The notes below the pieces were generated by a model, which saw nothing but the letters and a program-made list of their open reading frames with translations, did no database searches and had not been told where the DNA came from. From positions 4,055 through 68,054 of the forward strand of contig JACPKP010000006.1 of the NCBI GenBank assembly GCA_016186955.1: a DNA stretch of 64,000 bases. Reading direction: 5' to 3'. Of this stretch, positions 34,666 through 46,815 are shown in pieces (position 1 is the stretch's first letter; each line of letters opens with the position of its first letter). This stretch comes from Candidatus Daviesbacteria bacterium (GTDB lineage Bacteria > Patescibacteriota > Microgenomatia > Daviesbacterales > UBA10151). The position numbers were made by a program, and so were the translations under genes.

Positions 34666-34888
34666 GAAGGTAAGAGACAGCTTGGGATTGGGGTTTGGAA
34701 ACCTGTTTTACAGCATATTCTACAGCTGCTTTAATATCAGCTTCCTCAAGTTGTGGGAAATCTTCTAGAATGTCTTTTATAGTTAACTTCTGAGCTAAAA
34801 GCCTTAAAATTTGCTCCACTGTTATTCTTGTCCCTGCAACAATTGGTTTTCCCAACATAATTTTAGGATCAGTTATAATCTTTGGCAT
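34646..34888 (-). CDS. DUF433-like putative antitoxin
   Basis: PKIMLGKPIVAGTRITVEQILRLL is typical of DUF433. Overlaps the downstream partner by 20 nt. Confidence 0.6.
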   Translation of the reverse strand: MPKIITDPKIMLGKPIVAGTRITVEQILRLLAQKLTIKDILEDFPQLEEADIKAAVEYAVKQVSKPQSQAVSYLHEIYNR

Positions 34889-34912
34889 AAACTTATTATA
34901 GCATAGAGTGGG

Positions 34913-37226
<2,314 letters not shown>

Positions 37227-37248
37227 ATTTTAAATTGCAAATTAAAAA

Positions 37249-38805
37249 TTATTTTTTATTTGTTTTCTGAAACATCTTCATAAACTCAGTGGTAATTTTC
37301 TCCAACTCTTTAGTCAATTTTTCATCCAACTCTTTTTTTTCAGCAATTTCGCCTAAAAGTTTTTTCTCTTTCAACCTTAAATTTTTGATAAACTCTGTTT
37401 CAATCTCTTTAACTTTTTCAACATCAACCTCATCAAAATACCCGTTTGTGACAACCCAAAGGATAACAACTTGTTCTTCAACAGGAACAGGGGAGTAGGG
37501 CGGCTGTTTTAAAACCTCTGTTATACGCCTACCTCTTTCGATCTGCGCCTTAGTAGAAGCATCCAGATCTGATGAAAACTGGGCAAAAGCAGCCAGTTCC
37601 CTAAATTGGGCCAAATTCAACCTTAATTTCCCCGCAACTGATTTCATGGCTTTAGTCTGGGCTGCACCGCCAACCCTGGACACTGATAAACCCACATTAA
37701 GGGCCGGCCTTGTCCCTGCATAGAATAAATCAGACTCTAGGTAAATCTGCCCGTCTGTAATGGAAATAACATTGGTCGGAATATAGGCGGACACATCTCC
37801 AGCCTGCGTTTCAATAATCGGTAAGGCTGTCAGGGAACCTCCGCCAAAATCCTGGTTTAATCTGGCAGCCCGCTCAAGTAACCTGGAATGCAGGTAAAAT
37901 ACATCTCCTGGATAAGCTTCGCGGCCAGAAGGCCTTCTCAGCAGAAGCGACATCTGGCGGTAAGCCCAAGCATGTTTTGACAAGTCATCAAAAATGACCA
38001 GTGCATCTTTCCCCTGGTCCATAAAATATTCACCGATTGCACAACCTACGTAGGGAGCAAGATATTGCATGGATGCCGGGTCGGAAGCAGATGCCACAAC
38101 CACAATTGTATGGTCCATGGCTTTATTTTCTTCAAGTTTGGCCACAAGCTGGGCAACCTTGGAAACTTTTTGGCCGATTGCCACATAAATACAAATAACA
38201 GGACTTTCACCTCGGGGGTGTCCACCAGACTTAAACCGAGCTTCACCCCCGAGGTGGGCCTGGTTGATGATGGTGTCAACAGCTATTGTAGTTTTACCGG
38301 TATTGCGGTCACCGATAATAAGCTCCCTTTGGCCCCTGCCTATAGGGATCATGCTGTCTATGGCCTTAATGCCTGTTTGAAGAGGGATATCAACACCTTG
38401 GCGGGTTATAACACCTGAGGCAATTTTTTCAACAGGATAATATGTCTTAGTCTTGACCGGACCTTTGCCATCAAGCGGCTGGCCTAAGGCATTAACAACC
38501 CTACCTACCAAAGCTTCTCCAACAGGCACTTCTAAAACCCTGCCTGTTGTTTTTACCAAATCTCCCTCTTTAATTTTGGTAAAATCTCCCAGGATAACCG
38601 CACCAACGTTGTAGGTTTCCAGGTTCAAAGCTAAGCCAAAAATTGACCCGGGGAATTCAATCAGCTCAGAGGCCTGGACATCTGATAACCCTTCTATCCT
38701 GGCAATACCGTCTCCCACTTCCACAACAGTACCGACATTGGTCTTGCCTGCCTTCATTTTCAAACCCTTAATTTCTTTTTCAATCTGGTTGATTATATCT
38801 GACAT
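37249..38805 (-). CDS. atpA: F1 ATP synthase alpha subunit
   Basis: [19 protein letters not shown]-loop, with IYVAIGQK. An insertion encoded by palindromes lies at 38205..38258. Confidence 0.95.
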   Translation of the reverse strand: MSDIINQIEKEIKGLKMKAGKTNVGTVVEVGDGIARIEGLSDVQASELIEFPGSIFGLALNLETYNVGAVILGDFTKIKEGDLVKTTGRVLEVPVGEALVGRVVNALGQPLDGKGPVKTKTYYPVEKIASGVITRQGVDIPLQTGIKAIDSMIPIGRGQRELIIGDRNTGKTTIAVDTIINQAHLGGEARFKSGGHPRGESPVICIYVAIGQKVSKVAQLVAKLEENKAMDHTIVVVASASDPASMQYLAPYVGCAIGEYFMDQGKDALVIFDDLSKHAWAYRQMSLLLRRPSGREAYPGDVFYLHSRLLERAARLNQDFGGGSLTALPIIETQAGDVSAYIPTNVISITDGQIYLESDLFYAGTRPALNVGLSVSRVGGAAQTKAMKSVAGKLRLNLAQFRELAAFAQFSSDLDASTKAQIERGRRITEVLKQPPYSPVPVEEQVVILWVVTNGYFDEVDVEKVKEIETEFIKNLRLKEKKLLGEIAEKKELDEKLTKELEKITTEFMKMFQKTNKK

Positions 38806-38807
38806 TT

Positions 38808-39203
38808 TTAACTTCTTATTACGTTTCTGACTTGTTCAATCCTGTTGGCAAAAGTGTCCTCAAAAACTTCATCACCTATCTTAAGCCTAAAACCTCCCAA
38901 AAGTTCCGTGTTGATAACAATTTCGGTTTCAAAAATTTTCTGGTTCATACTGATTAATTTAGTTATCCCATTAAGTTGATGTTTTGATAACGGGTAAGGA
39001 ACTTCAACAATCAGCCGGTGTTTATCCAGCTCATTTTTAATAAGTTTCATATATAAGTTTAATGATTCAACCGCTTCACCCTTAGGCTGTTTTTTTAAAA
39101 GGTCTAAAAACATCCTAACCTTTTGGGCGCTTAACTTATCATTTACAAAACTCTCCCTTGCAAGTTTGATAATTAAATTTTTTAAGTTGGCATTTTTAGT
39201 CAT
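38808..39203 (-). CDS. atpH: F1 ATP synthase delta subunit (short, 131 aa)
   Basis: Position between atpF and atpA, with delta-like C-terminal helices. Confidence 0.7.
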   Translation of the reverse strand: MTKNANLKNLIIKLARESFVNDKLSAQKVRMFLDLLKKQPKGEAVESLNLYMKLIKNELDKHRLIVEVPYPLSKHQLNGITKLISMNQKIFETEIVINTELLGGFRLKIGDEVFEDTFANRIEQVRNVIRS

Positions 39204-39205
39204 TT

Positions 39206-39697
39206 TTAAAGTTTTTTAATAGCGCTATCAACTACCTCTTGCTGTTTTTTAAGATCCAATGAACCTGCAATAACTTTCCTCAAACTAACAATAACTACCT
39301 CAGACAACTCTTCCCTCATCTCCTGTTGCATCTTCTCCCGCTCTGATACTATCGCCTGCTGGCCTTTGGCCAGCATATCTTTAATGTCCAACTGTGCTCT
39401 TGCATGGGCATCCGCTAAAACCTGTTCCCCTGATTTTGTAGCTTCATCTATAATTTTTTTAGCATCATTTGCAGCCACTCTTAAAACCTTTTCTTTCTCC
39501 TCTTCGGTTTTTAAGAGTTTTTTTTCAATCTCCTCCGCATTTTTTAAGCTTTGGGCAATGGTATCCTTACGCTCTTTTAACACCTTAAGGATTGGCTTAT
39601 AAAGCAGCTTTTTAAGTATAAAAAGCAGCGCCAAAAAATTAACTATCTGGGCTGCAAGCAGTATAGGTTGTACACCAAAATCTTTTAAAAAATCCAT
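39206..39697 (-). CDS. atpF: Fo ATP synthase subunit b
   Basis: N-terminal TM helix then a long charged coiled coil. Operon position. Confidence 0.8.
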   Translation of the reverse strand: MDFLKDFGVQPILLAAQIVNFLALLFILKKLLYKPILKVLKERKDTIAQSLKNAEEIEKKLLKTEEEKEKVLRVAANDAKKIIDEATKSGEQVLADAHARAQLDIKDMLAKGQQAIVSEREKMQQEMREELSEVVIVSLRKVIAGSLDLKKQQEVVDSAIKKL

Positions 39698-39702
39698 AGA
39701 GA

Positions 39703-40040
<338 letters not shown>

Positions 40041-40164
40041 TTAGCGGTTTCAATCAGCGTTTTACTGCCGAATTGTCCACTACAACCTTTAATTTGTATT
40101 CCCTCCTTTCTTTAAATTTTTAATTTTAACTTGCATTTTTGACCTTTTATTTTTGAATTTTGGC

Positions 40165-40887
40165 TTAATGGCTTTCGTGTTTTTCGCTCAAAAGCACCAT
40201 AAAAACCAGCGTCAGCATCATAAATACCGCAGCTTGTACAAACCCAACTATAATCTCCAGAAAATAAAAGGGGAGCGGCAGCAGGAAAGCAGCAATGTTT
40301 GAGATTGTTGCCAAAACTACCTCTCCTGCAAATATATTACCAAAAAGCCGAAAGGAAAGCGACATTATCTTGGTAAACTCAGATACTATCTCCAACATCC
40401 CGACGAAAAGGAAGATCGGGTTTAGCGAAACCCAGCGGATTAGATAATTTTTAATGCCCAGATATTTTACCGCCAGGATATGGGTTGCCGCTGCGGAAAC
40501 CAGCGCCAAAGCCAAGGTAGTATTTAAATCTGAGTTCATTGAGCGAAGAAGCGGCGCCCCATTAAAACTGATGGTGGAAAACCCCGGTAATAGGCCGAGG
40601 AGGTTTCCCATCACAATCAGCAGGAAAAAAGTCATGACAATTGGAAAAATAACAGCAGTTTTAGAGTGTGCCAGGTCTTCAACGGTCTGAAACCCCAATT
40701 CTACAACCATCTCAAAAAAGTTCTGGATCCCAGAAGGAACCTTCTGAATTCTCCTGGTTGCCAGAAAACTTAGTATTACCAAAAACCCCATTGTTATCCA
40801 GGTTACAAGCAGAGTATTGGTTAAAGGCAGGCTGCCGATTTGTCCGATAATTTCCGGTTTCAAAACTATTTCATTTTCCATATTCAA
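40165..40887 (-). CDS. atpB: Fo ATP synthase subunit a
   Basis: Polytopic membrane protein with the conserved R in LSFRLFGNIFAGE. Confidence 0.85.
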   Translation of the reverse strand: MNMENEIVLKPEIIGQIGSLPLTNTLLVTWITMGFLVILSFLATRRIQKVPSGIQNFFEMVVELGFQTVEDLAHSKTAVIFPIVMTFFLLIVMGNLLGLLPGFSTISFNGAPLLRSMNSDLNTTLALALVSAAATHILAVKYLGIKNYLIRWVSLNPIFLFVGMLEIVSEFTKIMSLSFRLFGNIFAGEVVLATISNIAAFLLPLPFYFLEIIVGFVQAAVFMMLTLVFMVLLSEKHESH

Positions 40888-40954
40888 TCCTAAGTATTGT
40901 AACCAATAGCAAGGTGACGAGTCAACAGATTCAACTGTAGAAGTTTAGGAGTTG

Positions 40955-41028
40955 TCAAAACTTTGTCATCTCTCGCGAATGCGAGTATTTCTGAAACAAG
41001 TTCAGAGATTCCTCGTTATACTCGGAAT
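40955..41028 (+). repeat. TIR-bounded repeat of about 70 nt (ttgtcatctc ... ctcggaatgacag), related to the copy at 48328..48395
   Basis: Shares ttgtcatctc, agagattcctcg and actcgga blocks with the second copy. Confidence 0.55.
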
Positions 41029-41172
41029 GACAGCTTCTTTGTTAAATCCTGAACAATTACCTTGTCATGCTGGTTCACCTGGAACCCTTGACAACTATGG
41101 GTTAGATGTGTTAGGATTCTTTTTACGCACATTGACAAGGGGTTGGGGAGGAAAAATTCGGAGGAGGAGAAA

Positions 41173-41511
41173 ATGGGATTTTTGAGTAGTTGGTTCGGTT
41201 CGCCGGATGAAGTCCGGCTCACCCGGGAGGAGCTGACCGAGGCTTTGTCCTTGATCGGCACCACCCCAGCGGGGTTGGCTGGGCTCGCCAAGCAAGACTC
41301 TGCGGAGCTTTCCCGGCGGGCGGCCGAGGAAACCAAAAATGCCGACACGGCCGAGGCGGCCGTGTTAGCAGCGTACAACAAGCAGCTTCGTCAGCTGCAG
41401 CTCGAGCGGGACGGTGGTCTCGCTAATGCCGCATACACGCGGGGTTTGGCGCGAATCATTGACCGCAAGGCACAAATCCAAGCCTCGCTCGCGGGAAAGC
41501 TCGCGGGCTAA
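41173..41511 (+). CDS. high-GC small protein (about 112 aa) with its own promoter-like ttgaca at 41131, RBS GGAGGAG and terminator
   Basis: GC-rich codons. Start chosen at the ATG after GGAGGAGGAG. Confidence 0.45.
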   Translation: MGFLSSWFGSPDEVRLTREELTEALSLIGTTPAGLAGLAKQDSAELSRRAAEETKNADTAEAAVLAAYNKQLRQLQLERDGGLANAAYTRGLARIIDRKAQIQASLAGKLAG

Positions 41512-41559
41512 CAGAACATCCACACCTCCTCCTCTTCCCCTTTTGCCGGCCTGGGGCCG

Positions 41560-41597
41560 GCGTGCGGCCCCCTACCACCGTGGTAGGGGGCTTCTTT
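41560..41597 (+). terminator. intrinsic terminator (ccccctaccaccgtggtaggggg plus a T-run), near-identical to the terminator at 13176
   Basis: Hairpin plus cttcttttta. Confidence 0.75.
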
Positions 41598-41695
41598 TTA
41601 TTGGAGTCTGCCGAAAACCGTGGACTGTAGTCCACGGATGAAGGCGACGGAAAGAAGCGGAGCTTCATCTTTTTTAAAATGTTATAATACCGATT

Positions 41696-43294
41696 ATGTC
41701 TTCTGAAAAGTTTGAAACTTTAAGCGGCATACCCCTGGAAACTTATTACTCCCCTAAAAAACGCGGGAAAAATTATAAAATAAACCTGGGCAATCCCGGT
41801 GAATATCCTTACACAAGGGGGATCCACAAAACTGGTTACCGGGGGAAACTTTGGACCATGCGCCAGTTTGCCGGCTTTGGGACAGCCGAGGAAACCAACG
41901 GGAGGTTTAAATATCTTTTGTCAGAGGGCCAAACAGGGCTTTCCACAGCCTTTGACCTGCCAACCCTTTACGGAAGGGATACCGACGACCCGGGCAGGGA
42001 TGCCACCGAACCACCTGCATGGCCTGACTTTGGCGAAGGCGGGGTAGCATGCTCATCACTTTTGGATATGGAGGCGCTGTTTAAGGATATCCCCCTGGAA
42101 GATGTCTCCGTATCAATGACCATTAACGGCCCTGCCTCAATAATTTGGGCGATGTTTTTGGCAAACAGTGATAACAGGGGGTTTGAGAGAAAAAATTTAC
42201 GGGGGACGCTGCAAAATGATATATTAAAAGAATTCCATGCTCAAAACGAACAGCTTTTTCCGCTCCGGCCCAGTATGAGGCTGGTCGCCGATACTATTGG
42301 TTTTGCCATAAAAGAAGTCCCGCTTTTTAACCCGGTCTCCGTTTCCGGTTACCACATCCGGGAAAAAGGGTCAACAGCGGTCCAAGAGCTGGCTTTTACC
42401 TTATCCGACGGGTTTGCCTATCTGGATGAATGCCTCACCCGGGGCATGGATATTGATGAAGTGGCGCCAAGGCTTAGTTTTTTCTTTAACTCCCACAATG
42501 ATTTTTTTGAAGAGATCTGCAAATTTAGGGCTGCCAGAAGAATTTGGGCCAAGGAATTGAAGGAAAAATACGGGGCAAAACAGGAACGAAGTTGGAAACT
42601 CAAATTCCATACCCAAACCGCAGGCTGCAGTCTTTACCAAAACCGGATTGCCAATAACGAAGTCAGGATCACCCTGCAGGCTTTAGCAGCTGTATTGGGA
42701 GGGACGCAAAGCCTGCACACCGATGCCATAGACGAGGCTGAATCCCTGCCTACCCAGGAAGCAGTTAAAAAAGCCCTCCGCACCCAGCAGATCATCGCTT
42801 ATGAATCCGGGGTTGCCAAAACCGTTGACCCTTTGGGCGGAAGTTATTTTATAGAAGGGCTGACAAACCATATGGAACAAGAGGCAAGAAAATATTTTGA
42901 GGAGATTGAAAAAATAGGCGGTGTTATAGCTGCCGCTGAAGAAGGCTATCAAAAATATGTGATTGAAGAGGCCGGGTTTGAATATGAGATGGCCAAGGAC
43001 CGGGGGGATCTGGTGATCGTCGGGGTGAATAAATTTTTAGACCCAAGGGATGCGCCCACTGTCCGCAACAAAGACCCACAAGGTTTATCAAGACAATTGG
43101 ACAGGCTAAAAAATTTAAGGGCAAACCGCAACAATGATGAGGTTTTAAAATCCTTAGCTAAATTAAAAGATGTATGTCAAGGCCATGAAAATGTCATGCC
43201 GGCGCTGGTTGATGCAGCCAAAGCATATGCCACACTTGGTGAGATGACAAATAAAATGAAGGAGGTGTTTGGGGAAGCGCAAAGGCCAACTTAA
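41696..43294 (+). CDS. methylmalonyl-CoA mutase family, catalytic (substrate-binding TIM-barrel) domain only, 532 aa
   Basis: YPYTRGIHKTGYRGKLWTMRQFAGFGTAEETNGRFKYLLSEGQTGLSTAFDLPT is the MCM N-terminal signature. No B12-binding domain. Confidence 0.75.
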   Translation: MSSEKFETLSGIPLETYYSPKKRGKNYKINLGNPGEYPYTRGIHKTGYRGKLWTMRQFAGFGTAEETNGRFKYLLSEGQTGLSTAFDLPTLYGRDTDDPGRDATEPPAWPDFGEGGVACSSLLDMEALFKDIPLEDVSVSMTINGPASIIWAMFLANSDNRGFERKNLRGTLQNDILKEFHAQNEQLFPLRPSMRLVADTIGFAIKEVPLFNPVSVSGYHIREKGSTAVQELAFTLSDGFAYLDECLTRGMDIDEVAPRLSFFFNSHNDFFEEICKFRAARRIWAKELKEKYGAKQERSWKLKFHTQTAGCSLYQNRIANNEVRITLQALAAVLGGTQSLHTDAIDEAESLPTQEAVKKALRTQQIIAYESGVAKTVDPLGGSYFIEGLTNHMEQEARKYFEEIEKIGGVIAAAEEGYQKYVIEEAGFEYEMAKDRGDLVIVGVNKFLDPRDAPTVRNKDPQGLSRQLDRLKNLRANRNNDEVLKSLAKLKDVCQGHENVMPALVDAAKAYATLGEMTNKMKEVFGEAQRPT

Positions 43295-43297
43295 ATT

Positions 43298-44341
43298 ATG
43301 GTTGAATGGGAATTTAAAAAATTAAACCCAAATAGTGTAACTTTTGCCAGGCTTGATGGAGAGCTGGAAAAATTAAAGGCAGACTATACAAAAGTTCTCA
43401 GGATGGCTTTAGAATCTAAAGTTTCCTCTCCTTCCTTTTCAAAATATCCGGTTAGAGGCAGCCTGGGGACACCGGACTCCCACAAAATGTTTGCAGGAAA
43501 TATTGAGTATGGGTTTTGCCAGGCGCTTCATATGGAGGAAGCTGCTGTGGCATCATTCCGCTCAATATATAAAAGGCCGGGCCGGCAGCGGGCTATTTTG
43601 GGGATTGTTGCAGGAAATCCGGAAATTTTTACCGGACCTTGCGGAAACTGTAGGGACATCCTGCTTGATGAATTTAACCCAAACCTTGAGATAGTTTCAG
43701 GCTCCCCAACAGGCGGCACGGCAATTGTCTCAACACTTGGGGATTTTCTATTTGACAGGTTTAAAAAAATCCCCAGGCAAAATGCGCTAACCCTGGCGCC
43801 GGATGGTTTTATCACCAAAGTCTGGGACACGCTGCGGGAAGGGGAGAGGCTTACTTTTGACGGGTGCTCACCAGACAATATCCATCCGGAGAGAAGATAT
43901 TATGCTTCCATTTCCACAAAACGGAATATTTATTTTGGCGGACTGGACCTAATGTGTGATGACCATCCCATTTATCCGCTTAGGGATGCAATAAGAAGCG
44001 CACGGAGAACACATGATGCGGATATAAATTATGTTATAGTCCTGGGTAAAAATCCCTCAAACAACCCTCCCCATGTCATGTACAAAGACAGGCAGCACCT
44101 TTTCGAGCTTAACTGCCAGCAGGAAATGCTTTTAGGAAGACAACAGAACCCCAAGGTTTACCTGGTGTCCCAAAAAGAGCGGGGGGGTATAGGTAATGTC
44201 TGGCAAACTTCTGTCAAGGAGTGGCTGCCTTGCCCTTTTAGTGCAAGAAATTTTGGGGATGAATTTGTAAAAAATTTAACTCAATATTATCAAAACAAAA
44301 ACAACTCCAAACCTCCCCAGCTCTTTTGGCGGATAAATTAA
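43298..44341 (+). CDS. cytidine/deoxycytidylate-deaminase-family zinc-binding protein (347 aa)
   Basis: HMEEAAV ... PCGNCRDIL fits the H(A/C)E...PCxxC deaminase motif. Confidence 0.5.
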   Translation: MVEWEFKKLNPNSVTFARLDGELEKLKADYTKVLRMALESKVSSPSFSKYPVRGSLGTPDSHKMFAGNIEYGFCQALHMEEAAVASFRSIYKRPGRQRAILGIVAGNPEIFTGPCGNCRDILLDEFNPNLEIVSGSPTGGTAIVSTLGDFLFDRFKKIPRQNALTLAPDGFITKVWDTLREGERLTFDGCSPDNIHPERRYYASISTKRNIYFGGLDLMCDDHPIYPLRDAIRSARRTHDADINYVIVLGKNPSNNPPHVMYKDRQHLFELNCQQEMLLGRQQNPKVYLVSQKERGGIGNVWQTSVKEWLPCPFSARNFGDEFVKNLTQYYQNKNNSKPPQLFWRIN

Positions 44342-44428
44342 CAGGGGAGAGAGTAACCCCTCCCTTATTTTTTAAAATCACTGATACCCTTTGGCCTGAA
44401 GTTTAAAAAGTTATGTTATAATTCCTTT

Positions 44429-44701
44429 ATGTTTAAACAAACAGAAAAAGTTTCCGAATATGAGTTGCCTATTAAAATATGGCCTCAAAAAAATGGAGGC
44501 TTTGTTGTAACCTCACCCTTGTGGAATGACTGTTATGCACAAGGAGACACAGTGGACGAGGCAGTACTGGAAATTACCGCACTTGCTCAATCTTTAATTG
44601 AATTATATAAGGAAGAAGGGTTAAAAATCCCTCTAAAATTAGCTGGTGAAAAAAAGTTTGATAACCCAAATCTCTCTGTGCCAATTTTAGTAGCAGTATG
44701 A
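44429..44701 (+). CDS. hicB: HicB-family antitoxin
   Basis: A small protein of about 90 aa whose TGA stop overlaps the ATG of the next gene. Confidence 0.6.
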   Translation: MFKQTEKVSEYELPIKIWPQKNGGFVVTSPLWNDCYAQGDTVDEAVLEITALAQSLIELYKEEGLKIPLKLAGEKKFDNPNLSVPILVAV

Positions 44702-44910
44702 ATCCTCTCACGTACAGAGAAATTATCAAAAAGGCCCGTAAAGTGGGTTTTGTATTCCGCAGGAACACAGGAGGAACCCATGAAATCTGGTGGAATGAAG
44801 CCAAAAGGAAAACATGTATTATCCCTCACCACCATGAAATTAAACCGGGAACTTTAAAAAATATCTTGAGACAAATGGGACTAACTGAAGCAGAATTTAA
44901 AAAACTATAA
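44698..44910 (+). CDS. hicA: HicA-family mRNA interferase toxin
   Basis: GFVFRRNTGGTHEIWWNE...IPHHHEIKPGTLKNILRQMGL matches the HicA pattern (GSHxxx...IPxH..l..GTl..Il+Q.gl). Confidence 0.7.
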   Translation: MNPLTYREIIKKARKVGFVFRRNTGGTHEIWWNEAKRKTCIIPHHHEIKPGTLKNILRQMGLTEAEFKKL

Positions 44911-44912
44911 TC

Positions 44913-46733
44913 TTACTGATACCCCTTGGCCTGAAGTTTAAAAAGCCCAGCATATTGACCGTTTAATTTTATCAGCTCTTTGTGGCTGCCTGATTCAACT
45001 ATTTTCCCGTCTCCTATCACATAAATTTTATCCGCATTCCGAACAGTTGAAAACCTGTGGGAGATTATAATCACTGTTTTATCTTTAGAAAGTCTCTCAA
45101 CCCGGTTAAAAACCTCGCTTTCAGCCTTGGCATCAAGCGCTGCGGTGGGTTCATCCAAAATTAAAACAGGGGCGTTTCTGAAAAAAGCCCTGGCCAGGGC
45201 AACCTTTTGCCACTGGCCGCCGGATAACTCCTGTCCGCCCTCAAAGGTCCTGCCCAGCATCTGGTCGTAATTTTCCTCCAGATCTTCAACCATTGACTTT
45301 GCCCCGGCATTTTTAACGGCATCCTTAATATCCGCTAAATTATTGTCTCCCCAAACCCTGCCGAAGAAAATATTTTCCCTGACACTATATTCATACTTGC
45401 TGTAGTCCTGAAACAATACCCCCAGGCTTTTCCACCACGATTCAAGCTCCAAATCCTTCAGGCTTACCCCATCCACCAGGATTTCCCCAGAGTCAACATC
45501 ATAAAACCTGGCCAGAAGTTTTACCAGGGTGGTTTTGCCGGCGCCGTTTTCCCCAACCAACGCCACTTTTTCTCCGGGATCAACAGTCAAAGAGAAGTTA
45601 TCAAAAACCTTTTTATTGGTCGCTGGGTAAGTAAAGCTGATGTTTTTAAACTCGATGGCAGGCGTTTTATTAAAATCCCGCTTGATTGGATTTTCCCTTT
45701 CTGCAACCAGCGGTTGCTTGTCTAAAACCTCAAACATTGACGAAACATAAAGGCTGGTTTCAAACATGTTGACCAGGTTGCGGAAAAACCCGGCCACGCC
45801 GTTTTGGAAGTTTGAGACAGCTGTCGTAAAGTAGCTGATGTCACCGATGGTGATCTTTTTTGATATTGACTGCATGATGATGAAAACCAATATGCCAACA
45901 AATACAATTCCGCTGAATAAGTCAAACAGCATATTCAAAAAAAGGTATTTTGTGGCAAGATCCCGGTTTTTTTTATAGAAGTTTTCATGCAGCCCCCTCA
46001 TCTCCCCTAAAAACCAGGCCGGCAGCCTGAAAATTTTCATATCCGCTATGGCATTTCTATCCTGCAAAAGCCATGACAGGTACCAGAATTTTTTTCTGTT
46101 GGGGGAATTCTCATCCCAAAGCACCCATGAAAGCTCTGATTGTTTAGTCCTGTTGATAAACTCAGGCACTGCAACAACCAAAATTACCAGTATCAAAACT
46201 GGGGAGAGGCTAAACAAAATCACCATTGATGCCGCCATCTGGACAAAACCCTGGAAGGTAAAAAATATATACTGGATCATATTAAGCGGCCTCCAGGCAT
46301 AAGAATCCCTGACTTTCTCCAATGTATTTTTAAATTCGCTGTCATCAAAGTAGGCCAGATCCAAACTTGAGACTTTCAGCAAAACTTTCTGGTATAAAGC
46401 AATGGGGATTTTTGTATTGATTAACCTTAAGAAATAATCCTGGATGGAAAAAACAATGCTTTGCAGGGTATAGAGCAAAACCGCTGCCGCAACCAAAGCT
46501 GTTATAGATTTGTAGTCCGGCAAGCCTCCTGAGACAACCGGAACTATTTGGTCAATAATCAGCTTAAAATTATACGCTATGGCAAACGGCACCAGGGCGG
46601 GCAGGGTAACCGCTATGCTGTAAAAAATAAAAAGCCGCTTATCTATAGACCAGAAAAGTCTAATCAATCTTCCTGAGGTGATGATGGTGCTTTTAAGTTT
46701 GGTAAATTTTTCCGAGTATCTGGTTTTGAACAT
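44913..46733 (-). CDS. ABC exporter, fused permease plus ATPase (MsbA-like, 606 aa)
   Basis: N-terminal six-TM region, Walker A GENGAGKTT, signature LSGGQWQKVALARA, Walker B LILDEPTAALD. Confidence 0.85.
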   Translation of the reverse strand: MFKTRYSEKFTKLKSTIITSGRLIRLFWSIDKRLFIFYSIAVTLPALVPFAIAYNFKLIIDQIVPVVSGGLPDYKSITALVAAAVLLYTLQSIVFSIQDYFLRLINTKIPIALYQKVLLKVSSLDLAYFDDSEFKNTLEKVRDSYAWRPLNMIQYIFFTFQGFVQMAASMVILFSLSPVLILVILVVAVPEFINRTKQSELSWVLWDENSPNRKKFWYLSWLLQDRNAIADMKIFRLPAWFLGEMRGLHENFYKKNRDLATKYLFLNMLFDLFSGIVFVGILVFIIMQSISKKITIGDISYFTTAVSNFQNGVAGFFRNLVNMFETSLYVSSMFEVLDKQPLVAERENPIKRDFNKTPAIEFKNISFTYPATNKKVFDNFSLTVDPGEKVALVGENGAGKTTLVKLLARFYDVDSGEILVDGVSLKDLELESWWKSLGVLFQDYSKYEYSVRENIFFGRVWGDNNLADIKDAVKNAGAKSMVEDLEENYDQMLGRTFEGGQELSGGQWQKVALARAFFRNAPVLILDEPTAALDAKAESEVFNRVERLSKDKTVIIISHRFSTVRNADKIYVIGDGKIVESGSHKELIKLNGQYAGLFKLQAKGYQ

Positions 46734-46815
46734 ATTTTAATCCTAGCATAAAGGTTAAAAGATTGGGTATAATGAATATTACTCTTTAAACGGAGTGAGA
46801 AGTTATCTTTAAAAT

